The translations under genes were made by a program, and so were the position numbers. Below are positions 1 to 12,500 of a stretch of 64,000 nucleotides of DNA, piece after piece; position 1 is the first letter of the stretch, and each line of letters starts with the position of its first letter. Below the pieces are notes generated by a model. It saw only the letters and a list, made by a program, of their open reading frames with translations, searched no databases and was not told where the DNA came from. Source of the DNA: Azolla caroliniana (taxonomy: Eukaryota; Plantae; Polypodiophyta); NCBI GenBank assembly GCA_043228905.1, contig JBHGNT010000001.1:24986001-25050000 (forward strand), given 5' to 3'.

Positions 1-799
1 AACTCAACTTGTCGAATTCTACTCACCTAACTCCTCTTGACTGAATCTTCTCCTCATCCCTCTCTTCATTCTCCCACATGATTGTTTGCACATCCACTCA
101 TCCCCTTGTTCGTGCATTTGCATATCCTCCGATTCTATCTTTTGAGATTCATGACATTGAACTTCTTCGCTCCATTTATTGTAACCATGCTACAAAAACA
201 TATGGCATAAGGTTACTAGTTTTAAAATCTAGGTTCCTCTACAAAATGTCCATTCCATATTATGACCTTCTTTTAAAGCTTCTATGTTCCAATATTTCAA
301 TTCTTTTTAAATGATAGCAAAATCATTAGTATGTTTGATGTAATGGAGCATTCAAATTGTGTCTTTATAGTCTATCTCTAGGGGATTGTGCATAAAACAC
401 CCAATCATGTGACAATGGAAGTTAGATAAAGTATTATGCTCATCAGGTATGTTTTGTTGCTCTTGTTCTATGGAGATATGCACACATTTTGAGGATACTT
501 ACATAGTCGCGTCATATAAATTTGTACACATGTTGGATGCCATGAATAATTGAATTGCATGTTTAAAGTTTTGTGATGTTGTACATGTTCATGGAAGAGT
601 AAGAGGCAAAGAATAATATGGTAATAATGAGTGTGGGGGCCGATCTCTATGAATCATAGAAAAGCAATCTTGATGTCATCAAATATCTTCTCAAAGAAGA
701 GAGAACTCTATACATATAATCTAAGTACACTAAATCAATCAAACATGCAAATAAATTGTATGTAATTAATAAGCAAAAACTATCTAGCTAGACTTAGCA

Positions 800-1045
800 A
801 TGAAGGGAGGATGGAGACTTGCTATAATCACTAAGTAGATTGTGTGCTTTTGAAAATGTGTCGCTCATCTGGCTAAATTGCATAGTCTACCTTGACATTC
901 AAAACATTCACATCATGAAGGGAGGATAGAGACTTGCTATAATCACTAAGTAGATTGTGTGCTTGTGACAATGTGTCTCTCATGTGGCTAAATTGCATAG
1001 TCTACCTTGAGATTCATAAAATTTAGCTATAAAAACATTCACATC
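800..1045. repeat. Tandem duplication of a ~115-bp unit
   Basis: atgaagggaggat(g/a)gagacttgctataatcactaagtagattgtgtgc...ctaccttga occurs at 800 and again at 915 with few mismatches. Confidence 0.9.
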
Positions 1046-1673
1046 TATAGATGAAATTGTAGTTGGGAAGTACTTAACCCAAAAGTACCACCCAAAGTAA
1101 AAGTACTTTAAATATGGTTTTCATATTTGTAAAATACTTATAAATATGTACATTATATAATATTGTATGCAATTTTTCAAAATAGACTTACAATGTGAAA
1201 CAATTATGATTTTAAACACTAGATCACCCCATATTGTTGACAGCTGTTAAGTCCATACAAGAAAAATATGCTTACTTTGGGATTAAACTGAACTGTTTAC
1301 AAGAAGACCCCAACAATCTATATCGCTTACCTTGAAAAAACAGGATCATGCAACCCATGCAAAGTAGCACACATTGTAACAACATCAAAGCAATATAAAG
1401 TACACAAGGACATCCACATAGTGTCCTATTGACACAAAAGTTTTGAAACTATTTGCAAAAATGCACCAAACTCTTTAATTTTAGCTTCAGCTAAAAATGA
1501 GGAAAATGCAACTAAGTCTTTAGTTAAAATGGACAAAAATCATGGTTCAATGTTACCTTGAATCTTTAGCTCCAAATTCATAGAGATAAACACAAATGTG
1601 TAACTTATTCCTGTATTAGGAAACAGAGCATGGCTAGTGTTGCTTAGGGAAATTTAGAAGAGGGGGTAATAAA

Positions 1674-2144
1674 TAACAATCGGCAACGGTTCGGTTCGGT
1701 TCGAGAGGGTCCAAACCAAACCATTTAAAAAATTTGAAACTTGAACCAAACTGAACCGAACCGCGAAACCGTTAAATCGAACCATCAAACATGTTTCAAA
1801 CCGTTAAACCATTAAACCATAAAAACCGCAGTTTCGTGGTTCAGTTTCGGTTTCGGTTTTCAACAGATGTCAAATTTTAATTTAAAAATTTTAAAAATTT
1901 TAAAAATTTTATTATTTTAAAATTTTAAAATTTTAAAGATGTTCCTAAAATGTGAGAATAAGGTCTAAAAATGAAAAGATTATTATTATTTTTAAACTTT
2001 TTACAAAATAAAAAAAAAAAAAAACTGTTAAACCGTTTAAACCACGGTTTTTGACAGTTGAAACCGAACCGAACTGTTGAAACTGTTAATCTGTTAAGCC
2101 ACAGTTTCGCGGTTCGGTTCGGTTCAAACTGTTGCCGATTGTTA
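1674..2144. mobile_element. hAT-type MITE (non-autonomous DNA transposon)
   Basis: TIRs TAACAATCGGCAAC / GTTGCCGATTGTTA; perfect 8-bp TSD GTAATAAA (1666-1673, 2145-2152); many subterminal AACCG/CGGTT motifs; AT-rich core with no ORF. Confidence 0.92.
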
Positions 2145-2293
2145 GTAATAAAAAAGGGGACAATATTTTTTTAGAAGGATTTTCTAACAATTTTTTAATT
2201 TAAGGATATATGTTAAGTCTTTTATGCTACATATGAACTTTGGAGTTTTTTTGAATACATAAAATATGTACTTTTTGCATTAGTAAGTTAAGT

Positions 2294-3213
2294 ATGAAAT
2301 TATGGCTATTTGACAACAAGCCCCTATGTGATTTGGAGTGGGATCCATTAGAGGTATGGTGGCAGAAACCGGGAACGAACAAACTGGAGGGGTTTTTTGA
2401 GAATAGTACCAAGCTAGGAAGGAAAATCATTGGCTCCAAATCAATGGGCGCTGCTCAGACTCGCATAACAGATGACTTGTTGAAGGCATATCAGATGACT
2501 TGTCGAAGTCGTTTTGGAGGAGAGTATGGGTGTTGGATATGCTAGAAAAAATAAAGGTTTGGTTGTGACTTCTTAGCCATAAGGCGATACCTATATGGGA
2601 GTGGATGAGGTGTCATGGTGGGGAGGCTGGTTGCAAGTTATGTGATCACTCTTTGGAATTAATACCTCACTATTTTTGGAATTGTGCAAAGGCGATTAGC
2701 ATTTGGAGTAGGAGTCTTAAGATAGTGGTAGCATGCGCTGTGAATGGGAGAGTTGTGTGGGGGTCCTTACAAGGTTTGAAGTTAACAAGGGAGCGTTGGA
2801 CGGAACAGTTAAACCCACATGGTCATGGATTTATAGTACAGGGTGGCTGCGTGTTCCAATGTGTGTGACTTGACACAAACTCTGCAGTTTTTGAGGAGAT
2901 ATAGATGATGATGGCGTGTTTATCGGTCTGGCACATTTGGGCCAAGTGCTGTACGTTTTTTTTTCAACAACAAAAGCTCCCAAGTGGTGAGGTGTTGCTA
3001 AACATATGGTTCGAGCTGGAATCTTGGATGCGCACACGATATGACTCGATTTAGGGGGGACTCAGATGAAGCAGAAAGGGCTCGGTCAAAGATTTTGTTG
3101 AAAGGGGGTGGTTCTCCTATGATGGTCAAATCATTGTTAGGGTCTAAATGGAACTACCAATCACCGAGATGGTTGTTTCTACCAATGGCTTCCATTAGTG
3201 AGGAAGAGATGTA
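2294..3213 (+). pseudogene. Decayed 3' end of an L1-type LINE ORF2 (zf-RVT region)
   Basis: CKLC..SLELIPHYFWNC.KA..IW resembles the plant L1 zf-RVT motif; broken by stops and frameshifts; A-rich run near 3398-3413. Confidence 0.6.
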
Positions 3214-3649
3214 AATATGTATAGCTGCGGTACAAGTAAGTTACCATGTAAAAAGAGTTGGTGGGATACTTTTGCTATAAATGAGGGGGTGGGGATTATG
3301 ATTAGTTTTGTCGGGAGAAGCATGAGTTTTGCTGAATATGGTTGAACTTTGATGTACATTGTTTGCTAACTAATGTGAAGTAGTGTTTTTTTGGTGAAAA
3401 AAGAAAAAAGAAAGTATGATATTAAACATAACAGTGAGCAATTTCGGAGAGTAACTTTAAGTTACAATACATATAGTAAGATTCATTAGATGTTGTATAT
3501 ACCTAAATGTTAAATATAGTAACCATTCGGTTAAGTGCGTGTCTACTAAGTGTACCATTCTATTAAGTGCGTTTTAAAAAATAAAATATAGAGGTCAAAA
3601 TCTAGATTTAAAAAATTACATTGTTTTATACAAAATACATCGAACAAAA

Positions 3650-5948
3650 TTGAAGCTCTATTCCAAGCATTCAAAAACAACAAAAACATCAACAAATATT
3701 GAAATAATGTTCCACCCCCAAAAGGTCCTAGAATCCTATTTCGGAGAATACTCCTCCTTGGCTAAAGCATACATAACGAAAGGAGGCCCAGACGGGTTGT
3801 TTCGAGAATTTGCAAAATTTCTACTCGAGGTCTTGTGTGTGCATCCGATAAACTATGGCATGCCAAAGAAAAAGGTTGGGGTCATTATATAGCAGCATAC
3901 AAAGGAGGCCAGATCGATTGGGGTTTCTGTGACAGGTGAGGCGCTCCGCACAGGAATCTCCGCCCTACAGGTGAGGGAGAAGTTGTTCTCCACGCTGGCT
4001 CAATATCTGTCCATACTCTACCCACTTCAATCCGCCCCTATGTCTAGGCGATGACCTACAACTGGTAGTGGGCACATGATGAGGTATAGACACGTAAGAG
4101 TGTAACACGCGTCACGTTTTATGCTCAATTATAATGAAAAAGAAACACAAGAAACACACACAATGACACAACAAAGATTACACAAGATTTAACGTGGAAA
4201 AACCCTCAATGAGGGAAACAACCACAGGACAAAAGTCCAAAACCAATCCACTATCACCAAAGAGATACAACACAAGTACAAATTCTACTTCTAGATATAC
4301 TAGAAATAAGTAGAGACATGTAGCATAGTACTACCGACAAAGATGGTGCAATAATCCAAAGGGATAAGATTATCTCTCAAGCATATAAGAGAAAAGAAGA
4401 GAGAAGAAAACCCGGAAGGGATAAGATTATCTCTCAAGCATATAAGAGAAAAGAAGAGAGAAGAAAACCCGGATAAGAATGTCCACAAGTTGAAGTAGTA
4501 GCCGTGTAGATCTCACGTTGAGTAGGGCCGTGTAGATCTCACGTTGAGTAGCGGAGATGGAAAGGAGATTGGAAGTAGATGAGTTGAGCACCAAGCTTCA
4601 CGAAGCTTCACTATGCTTCACAATGCTTCACACACCTCCTTTGTTCTCACCTCTTCCCATATATATATATATATATATCTCCTTTCCACCCTCTCTTCTC
4701 TTCGTCTCTCTCAAAACAAAAACGGTTGTTTTGTTTTGTTTTCCTCTTTAATAATAATATTATTTTTCTTTCTTTACTCACAAAAAACATAACTTACATT
4801 TACCCTTTTAAAGAAATAAAGTAAGGGTAATAATTACTAAAGAAACAAAACTTTCGTTTTGTTTTATATTACTATCTAATAATAATAATAAATATTATTA
4901 AAAAAGAAAAAACAAAATAGTGACCGGATACATTAACAACACGGGGAAGTTTTGAGCTAGCAGCCATTTTGTGCCACGGGACCTCTTTCGAGTGACATGA
5001 CTGCTGGACGATAATGCAGACATGGTTATGATATAGAGCACTCGTCCTGGCAAGATTGAATCGGAAGAAGACACGGCCTTGCAAAAAATCAGCCGGAAGC
5101 GCAACAAACAAAGCAGTCACCTGCTAATCGAGTTGCTGAAACTTAATACCACCATGGTTGAAGTATACCAAGAACTGGCGAAGACTGACCCGTGCGGTCA
5201 AATATATGGCCTCTAGCAGTAAGTAGGCACACAAACAAGACACCCTAGCAATGGAGCTATGGCAGGCTTCTCGAACTCGAACGCCATGTTTTGGAAATAG
5301 CCGGGCACGGTCAAGACGCTCCTTTCACTGTTACAACATCCATCGATGTCCCCAACCCGGAAGCCCCGCTCGCCCTCATAGCTCCGGATGACACCAACAT
5401 AACCTTGGTCGACGTCATACCACTCCCCACTACCACAACCCCGCCCCTACTTGCCAACTTTATGAAGGAATTGGAAGCATAGACCACAATTGCCGAAAGG
5501 GCCAAATAGTGCAACAAGGAGGCCTTAGATGAAATCGCCCAACTTCGTGAATCCCTCTAGTAATCCAAGCAGAAAGAAGTTGAATTGCATTTAAAGCAAC
5601 TCGACACGAAGATGACGGATTACAACCAAACCCTGCAAGAAAAAGAGGGACAAGTGGCAGCAACCCTTAGGGTGAAAGACGAGTAAGCGGTAGCGGCGCT
5701 TTGGGCACACATGGACCAGGCGGTCGAAGTCACTCGCTGGGCAAAGTAGGTGGTCTTCCAACTAGTGCTTACGCTACGCGAAACTACAGAAAGAACAAGA
5801 ATGGTACGCAAAACTACAGAAAGAACAAGAATGGTACGCAAAATTACAGAAAGAACACATCGCAAATCTACTCGACTTCACCAACCTCCACCACCAATTG
5901 CTTGACTTCCAAGTTCGTGACTGGGTCAAAGGAGATGAAATCGAGACG
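3650..5948 (+). pseudogene. Degraded TE-like accessory ORF (IDWG motif, Pro-rich linker, coiled coil) split by a solo LTR
   Basis: Coding-like fragments lie on both sides of the 4110-4938 solo LTR; 30-bp tandem repeat at about 5776-5858; no recognisable host domain. Confidence 0.3.
4110..4938 (-). mobile_element. Solo LTR (copia-type)
   Basis: 5-bp TSD ACACG (4105-4109, 4939-4943); ends cgtca...taaca; U5-like 'tttaacgtggaaaaaccc...accacagg' shared with other LTRs in the window; internal 57-bp and ~26-bp tandem duplications. Confidence 0.75.
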
Positions 5949-7640
5949 TGTTAGGAATATGTCCCTCTAGTGGGAGGAGCTGACCACTCGGAGAGAGCTA
6001 ACAATCGAAGACAGGGAGCAACTGACTGATCGGATGAGAGCCAACACTTGAGGAGTCAACTTAGAGAGAGTTGATTGAGGTTGAAGACACGACTAGCTAG
6101 TCGGGCCGACTAGTCGGACCGACCTGACAATCCATGGATGTGTCGATTGATTAATAAGACTAATATTAATATTAGATAATAATAGGAATGACAGTAGTGT
6201 CTACATTTGTAAATAGCCCATACAAGGCATAAGTATAAATACACTTAGGGGGTATTAGATCGGAATGGAAACTTCTTAATAGAAAGGCAGTGGCCACCAT
6301 CCGACAATGCGTCGATGTAAGTGTCCTTCAGCATGTGGTGAACGACACAAATGCCCACGAGATGTGATAGAAGTTGTCAGGTCTATATGAGAGGAAGAAC
6401 GTCCTAAATAAAACCTCACTGATGAGAAAGATCGTACGGCTAAAATACAAAGACGGTGAGAGCATTGTCGAACACATCAACACATTCATGGGGTGTGTAA
6501 ATCAACTTGCTACAACCAAGTTTCCCCTTGATGATGCTATGCAAGCCATCCTACTGATGTGCACACTGTCGGATAGCTGGGAGAACCTGGTGGTTACTCT
6601 CATCACCTCTTGTCAAGAAGAGAACTTGTCTTTTTACAAGCGGTGAAGACAAGCATCCTGAATGAGGAAGCGAGAAGGAAGGACAAGGGTGTCCTAGTCC
6701 AGTCGGAGTCAAATTTGACTCAACATATCGGCAGAGGAAGGAACCAACAAAGGAGTCCACCAAGGAGAGAAAAGTCTCAAGCCAGGTTGAAGTCCAGAGG
6801 AAAGCTTGTGTGCTTTTATTGTGCAAAGCCTAGACATTTCCAGAAGGACTACCGACACCTTAAAAAGGGGAAGAGTGTCGGTATAATGTCGAACCCAGGA
6901 AGATTCCTAAAGAAAAGTACACTTCAGTCATTGCTACGAGCAATGAAGAACTTTTGTTCATTTGTGAACAGACAAGTGCAAATCTTGCAAGCGAAGAATG
7001 CACTTGGGTGATCAACACCGGTGCATCCTTCCACATAACTCTGTCGAGAGAGTATTTCTCGACTTATATAGCCGGTGATCATGGTTATGTAAAGATGGGT
7101 GACAGTGGGGAGTGCAAGATAGCCGGAATCGGAAGTGTTTGTTTGACGACGTCGATAGGGTGTCGACTGACTCTGAAAGATGTTCGACATGTCCCCGATA
7201 TTAGATTGAATTTGATATCGACTAGAAGACTGAACGGTGAAGGCTACAATGGTAGTCTTCGGAATGGAAAGTGGAAGTTTTGTCGAGGAAATCTTATGTG
7301 GCCTGAGCACAGAAGGAAGGCACATTGTATATGATGCAAGCTCGACAATGCAAGTCGGGAGTGAATTTGGGAGCCAACTCGACAAGACAGATACGACATA
7401 AGAGGTTAGGCCACATGAGTGAGAAGGTTGCATCTGTTAGCCGATCAAAAACTTCTACCAGAGGTAAAGGGATTAGTGCACATGGAAAAGTGTGTCGATT
7501 GCTTAGTTGGAAAGCAAAACAGAGCAACATTCCACACAAGACCACCGAGAAGAAGAGAAGTGCCACTGGAACTAGTACACACGGATGTGTGTTATGTAGA
7601 TGCTCCGTCGCATCGAGGTAGACAATACTTTTCCTGGACT
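5949..7640 (+). mobile_element. Ty1/copia fragment (LTR part, gag, zinc knuckle, protease, integrase start), Tnt1/Tork-like
   Basis: TGTTAGG start; LMRKIVRLKYKDGESIVEHIN (gag), CFYC..P.HFQKD, WVINTGASFH (protease, D>N), HKRLGHMSEK, LELVHTDVC; frameshifted. Confidence 0.85.
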
Positions 7641-7797
7641 TGATAAATAAGTTGCAGAGAGGAAGGAAGGATTAGGATTGAAACATGCCTCAAAATCTAT
7701 TCATCATTTCCTAGGCAGAAATCAATGATTGGGTGTTTACCCATCCATCCTAACGACTGGCAGATTAGACTCTTTAAAGCAATGCTTTATCATATAT

Positions 7798-8470
7798 AGA
7801 GCAAGTCACAACAGCGAGGGAGCTGAATTGGGCCCGTTGAGCAGACAAGCCGACCGAGGAGGTCGAGGTGCACAAAATTAGAAGGGTCGCGACAAACGAG
7901 ACCGGACCAGATGAGGAGCGCGAGTGAGGCGGAGTGACGCTAGGAGGAGCCAGGTGGAAGGACCGGCTGCCATGGAGACTGACACTACGATCCGGCCTCA
8001 AGTTGAGCTTGAGGGGGGGAGTGTTGAGCGGCAAGCTCAACCGGATCTGAATTGGCTGAATAAGCCTGAGTAGGATCGGCATCTGGAAGGATAAGCCAGA
8101 TCGGTGAGCCAACGAGCAATTGAGCCGATGCACTGGGGAGCTGGTTAGCTGGATCAAACAGTAACTGGAAGCCTAGTAGTAGCCTAGACTACTAGGTAAT
8201 TAATAGTCTCGTAGTTAGTGTCAGACGCTCGAGTGAGCATTGAAGTACCCGGTACTTCTGTCAGTCCTCTTAGGACTTGTATAAATAATGTTGTTGAGCA
8301 CGTTTCATGTACAGGGAACTATTATTGTTTTGTAATAGATTTAAACGTTCTACTCTCTCTCTGTCTCTCCCGCGTACACTCTATGTGTTAATCTCTCTCT
8401 CTCTCTCTCTCTCTCTATTGCTATCCGGCAAAGCCGGTTTGTCTGACGCTTCCGCACATAATCTTTTACA
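7798..8470 (+). mobile_element. Copia 3' end: PPT plus 3' LTR (8022-8470)
   Basis: agcttgagggggggag PPT followed by TGTTGAG...CTTTTACA; same family as the LTRs at 35240, 54030 and 57926. Confidence 0.8.
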
Positions 8471-9521
8471 ATATATTTAGTTGGCACCTTAAGTTCTTCC
8501 ATTCGCCTCCAATGATGCTCACGAGGCACCATATCAAAAACTTTCTTGAAGTCTAGAAAGCAACAATATAAACCTTTACCTCTAAGGCTACTTTCCTCCA
8601 TTAATACTCGAAGGGTGATGAGGTGATTAATGGTGCTATGGTGTTTTCAAAAGCCAAGTGTGTCCATAAGCTCTCTTACCATTTTTTTCAGCCCATACAC
8701 TTAGCTTTGATTCCATTATACATCCAAATAATTTTGCCATTAATGAGCCAACCATGATGGTTCAATAGTTGTTTACATTATTTACATCTCCACCTTTACG
8801 TAAAGGTTTGATCCAATTTGTAGTCCAATCATACGATATACCATGTTGCAATGCCTCTTTAAACATATCGTTTATCCATACATGTGTTTCCTTTCCCGTC
8901 CATTTGAGCATTTCAACCTTTATCCATTGAAGATCGCTTGCCTTTCAAGAGGCCAGTTTCTTAAGTCCTATGCATATATCTTCAATTGTAAAGAAGGGAG
9001 ACATATGTGAAAGAGAACCATAACATATCATCTTTTCGGCAAGAGATAACTCATATAAATTCTTACAATCCATAGACAAGTCGTGAAGACTTAAGTCACC
9101 ATAACTCTCAATACGTGTCCCCTTTAGATTTCCCCAAAATTTAGCACATGCATGTGCTTTCTCTTGCGTTTGAAGAAATTGTTCAGCAACTTCCAATATT
9201 CTTCTCTTTCTTTAAATAAGCCTTTTATACTCATGCAAATGCTTTTAGTAATTTTCTTTATGCTTAACTATATCCAAAACCATAAGGCATTTTTGAGCTT
9301 CATGACATTCTTTTATCAAACCATTTTTTCCTAAATTTCTTGGTGCATTTCCAAGATGTGCGGTTGGTCGAAAAACATTTGTTTGTACAAGAGAGAGTGA
9401 CTTTCTTAAAAGCTTCTCATTTGCATTCTAGTGTGGCACCATGTTGTATCTTTGTCATTTGTAACATATCCTCAACTATCTTAGAATACATGGGCACTTG
9501 CTTAAGGTTCATGCTCAAGTG
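8471..9521 (-). mobile_element. 5'-truncated, decayed copy of the LINE at 36707-41347
   Basis: Collinear and highly similar to about 38250-39298; 5' junction abuts a (GA)n-like tract at 9525-9546; 3' side is cut by the copia LTR. Confidence 0.92.
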
Positions 9522-9719
9522 CTCTAGAGAGAGAGGGGGAGAGAGATTTAGATAATAAAAATTAATATGATGTATGATGTTTATTAATAGAGATGGATTA
9601 CAATTAATCATGGCTTATATTAGATTACTACATGAAATAATTAAGATTTGTTTTCAAATTTTTAGGCTAAGAGATAACATTAATAATTGGTGATACAGGT
9701 TATAGAATTAGTAATATAG

Positions 9720-10373
9720 CTAGTTACTCATGTGTAAGCGGAATTTTGGGAAAACAAGGAGAGGGGTTGCCAAGGTTAGTGATCCTGCGGTGCTTTTAGA
9801 CTCTGAAAGGTCTATGGTAGTAGTGGTAGGGGACCAATGGAAACAATGAAGTATGTTAGCTAAAATAAGCTCCACGATTTGAAGGCCTTGGTTCATGCCA
9901 GGGCACATGCGGCGTCCTGAACCGAAAGGTAGTAACTCAAAGTTTTGGCCTTTGAGATCTATTGCACTGTTCATAAAACGTTCAGGTTTGAACTCATTTG
10001 CTTGCTCCCATGTATGTTCATCCCTCCCTATTGCCCACAAGTTTATGAAAACTCTGGTCCTCGATGGTATGTGATAGTTACCTATTTTGGATGTGCCATC
10101 ATCATTTGTCGTCAACACCTCAATCTCACAATCTTTTTTGGATGTGTGTGGAATCATCATTACAGCAACAGGGTGCAACCGGAAAACCTCCTTTACTATT
10201 GCCCGTAGATATTTCAACTTTGGTAAGTCATCTTCATCCACCATCCTTCCCATTCCCACTATATCATCTAACTCTTCTTGTACCTTCCTCATCTCATCTG
10301 GATTGGCTAGTAACTCTGCTAGTGCCCAATTCATAGTGTTCGCTGAGGTATCCACACCTGCTATAAACATTTC
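9720..10373 (-). CDS. Cytochrome P450 (CYP71 clan, A-type), exon 2
   Basis: AG acceptor at 10375-10374; I-helix AGVDTS, K-helix EVFR, PERF, heme loop PFGSGRRMCPG; stop at 9720. Confidence 0.95.
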   Translation of the reverse strand, partial: EMFIAGVDTSANTMNWALAELLANPDEMRKVQEELDDIVGMGRMVDEDDLPKLKYLRAIVKEVFRLHPVAVMMIPHTSKKDCEIEVLTTNDDGTSKIGNYHIPSRTRVFINLWAIGRDEHTWEQANEFKPERFMNSAIDLKGQNFELLPFGSGRRMCPGMNQGLQIVELILANILHCFHWSPTTTTIDLSESKSTAGSLTLATPLLVFPKFRLHMSN

Positions 10374-11472
10374 CTAAACGTACAAAATGTACTAGTTAAC
10401 TAATCGAAAAATTCAAAAGCCATTTGTATGTTCCTAAAATTTAGAAGTTGATGTTCAAATAAACAAAAGTAAATGCCTTGGCATAGTATGATGATGCGAT
10501 CATGGTTGTAAAATACTTAGCATACAAGTAACAACACCATGCATACAATACGAATGCGAAATATTTTAAATGTATTCTACCATTTTAAAAAATACTCAAA
10601 ATACGTATTTTAAAATAAAACTTGTAGAATGTCATTAAACACTTCTCGTCTTTGTATTGCATCAAACGATTGTTTTGTTTGGCCAAATTAGTATTACTTT
10701 TAAGAAACGTAAAACGATGGTTAAATTCGTAGAATACGTGGAATATTTTGAAATAATAGGTCTAAAATTTAGAATGCATGTTAAATACTTCACAGTACAC
10801 TAAAACATATCATGCACATAAAATACACATTTTTAATGACTATGGATGTGATCTATCCTCTTAACATAAACTCAGACACACAAGGTCTATCACTCATTTG
10901 TGGAGTTCATGTTATACCGTTGATGCGTTACCAACATGAGTAAGTTTCTATGACATACTATGAATCAACAAGCTTATTAGCTTGGGGAAACCAAAGATAT
11001 CGTAATCTACATTGCATCTGTGACTGGATTACCAACGTCATGCAAAGTGTCTTCACATTGCAAGGTTGTGCATCTCAATGGCTTGGTATGAAATACTAAT
11101 ATAAACTCTACCTTTAGTTTTGGAAGTACCACTATGTCCTTACCTAGTAATGATTAGGTTTAGTTCATATCCAATTGGGAATGGTTTCATATTAAACCAT
11201 GTAATTAGCCAATATAACCCCCTAATCATATTGTATCGATCCATATCCCTTACTTTTCAAAGTAGGGGAGGTATCAATATTTTAAGTTTTGTTTCTTTTA
11301 GAACTACGCAAGGGACATGGTTGACACCAACCCCAAGTTATCACTCTTAATGCTACCCCTTTTTTTAAGTGTGTTGCATTGGTATCTTTAGACACGCCAA
11401 TAAATCAAACTCTCCAAATAACTCTTGATATATACACGTTGAGTTATTATAGGACATATATATATAGTTTAC
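10374..11472 (-). other. P450 intron (phase 0, GT-AG, conserved A-type position before the I-helix)
   Basis: ctg|GTAAAC donor at 11472 and tttAG|gaa acceptor at 10374 give an in-frame join GTLL|EMFIAG. Confidence 0.9.
10501..10844. mobile_element. Old hAT-type MITE inside the P450 intron
   Basis: Degenerate TIRs CATGGTTGTAAAA / TTTTAATGACTATG; 8-bp TSD GATGCGAT / GATGTGAT; repeated AATAC(G) subterminal motifs like those of the element at 23822. Confidence 0.6.
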
Positions 11473-12411
11473 CAGGAGGGTGCCATTGATGAAGTTTCGG
11501 GATTCCCTATCCACAGAGTCTTGTGTGTGGTCAAGGAGGATGTCCAGGATGTCGTCGAAGCGACGGCCTTGAGAGCGGAGCTGGAGACGATTATCCACGA
11601 TGGAGCCCAACACGCGATCTGTTTGTTGGCGAAGAGCTCGCATTCGCCGTTTGGTGGGCGCATCGAGAAACGAGAGGAAGGCCACGAAGTCGCCTGCCAA
11701 TTGCGTAAACATGAGGTTCACCGTCTCTTCAATAATCATGTGCAAAGGGTGTGCCTCGCTCATCGTGTCCACCAATCGCTCCGACAGCAGTAGCCGGCCC
11801 ATGATATTGCTGGTCACGTGCGACAAGCACGTGAGAACGTTGAGCGCACGGGGTATGCTAGGACTAGGGGCCTTTGGTTGCTCGTACTCGGAGCGGATGA
11901 CAGCAATCATTCGGGCCACCTCCTCGTGGCGCACGTGCCGTTTCTCGGATATCCGTGATTCGCTCAGGAGCTCCATGGTCCACAACTTGCGGAGCTCGCG
12001 CCAGCGGGCCGACGTGTTCTGGAATCCGATGATGTTGCGACTCCCAAAGAGAAGATGGGCAGGCATGCCGAATGTGGGGCGGTCGCTGAAGATGGAGTCG
12101 TGGACTCGGAGGAATTGACGGGCCGTGGCGGCATTGCAAGCTACCAAGGTTGGAGTGGAGCCAAGGCGGATGGAGAGGAGGGGGGTGTTATATTGTTTGG
12201 CGAGGGCCGCAAGGTTCCGGTGGGCGCTCGACCCCGCCATCAAGCCCATATTTCCGATGACTGGCCATGGCCAAGGCCCCGGTGGGGACAACCGTGGACG
12301 CCGACCAAAGAACCCAATAGTTTGCATCACCCATATTGCCATCATTCCAAGGAGCACCATCATCAATGCTTGCTGCTGAAACTGAAAACTACTGATATAC
12401 TCTTCCATCAT
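11473..12411 (-). CDS. Cytochrome P450 (CYP71 clan, A-type), exon 1
   Basis: ATG at 12411 (MMEEY...), hydrophobic anchor, PPGPWPWPVIGN hinge, WRELRK C-helix; open frame to the donor site. Confidence 0.93.
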
Positions 12412-12491
12412 AAAGAGTGAGAGTGAGAAATGGGAAGGAATTGTATTGTGAAGGGAAGGTGCAGATTCCAATCTCCTCCCAGGGCCTTCAT

Positions 12492-12500
12492 TACTTATAA
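12492..12500 (-). promoter_or_regulatory. Putative TATA box of the P450 gene
   Basis: TTATAAGTA about 80 bp upstream of the ATG, followed by a pyrimidine-rich 5' UTR. Confidence 0.45.

Noticed and set aside
11365-11472. C-terminal tail of the 381-aa ORF
   Set aside because: It is read-through into the intron after the GT donor at 11472.
11521-12420. Several plus-strand ORFs opposite P450 exon 1
   Set aside because: Antisense shadows of a GC-rich exon with no motifs.
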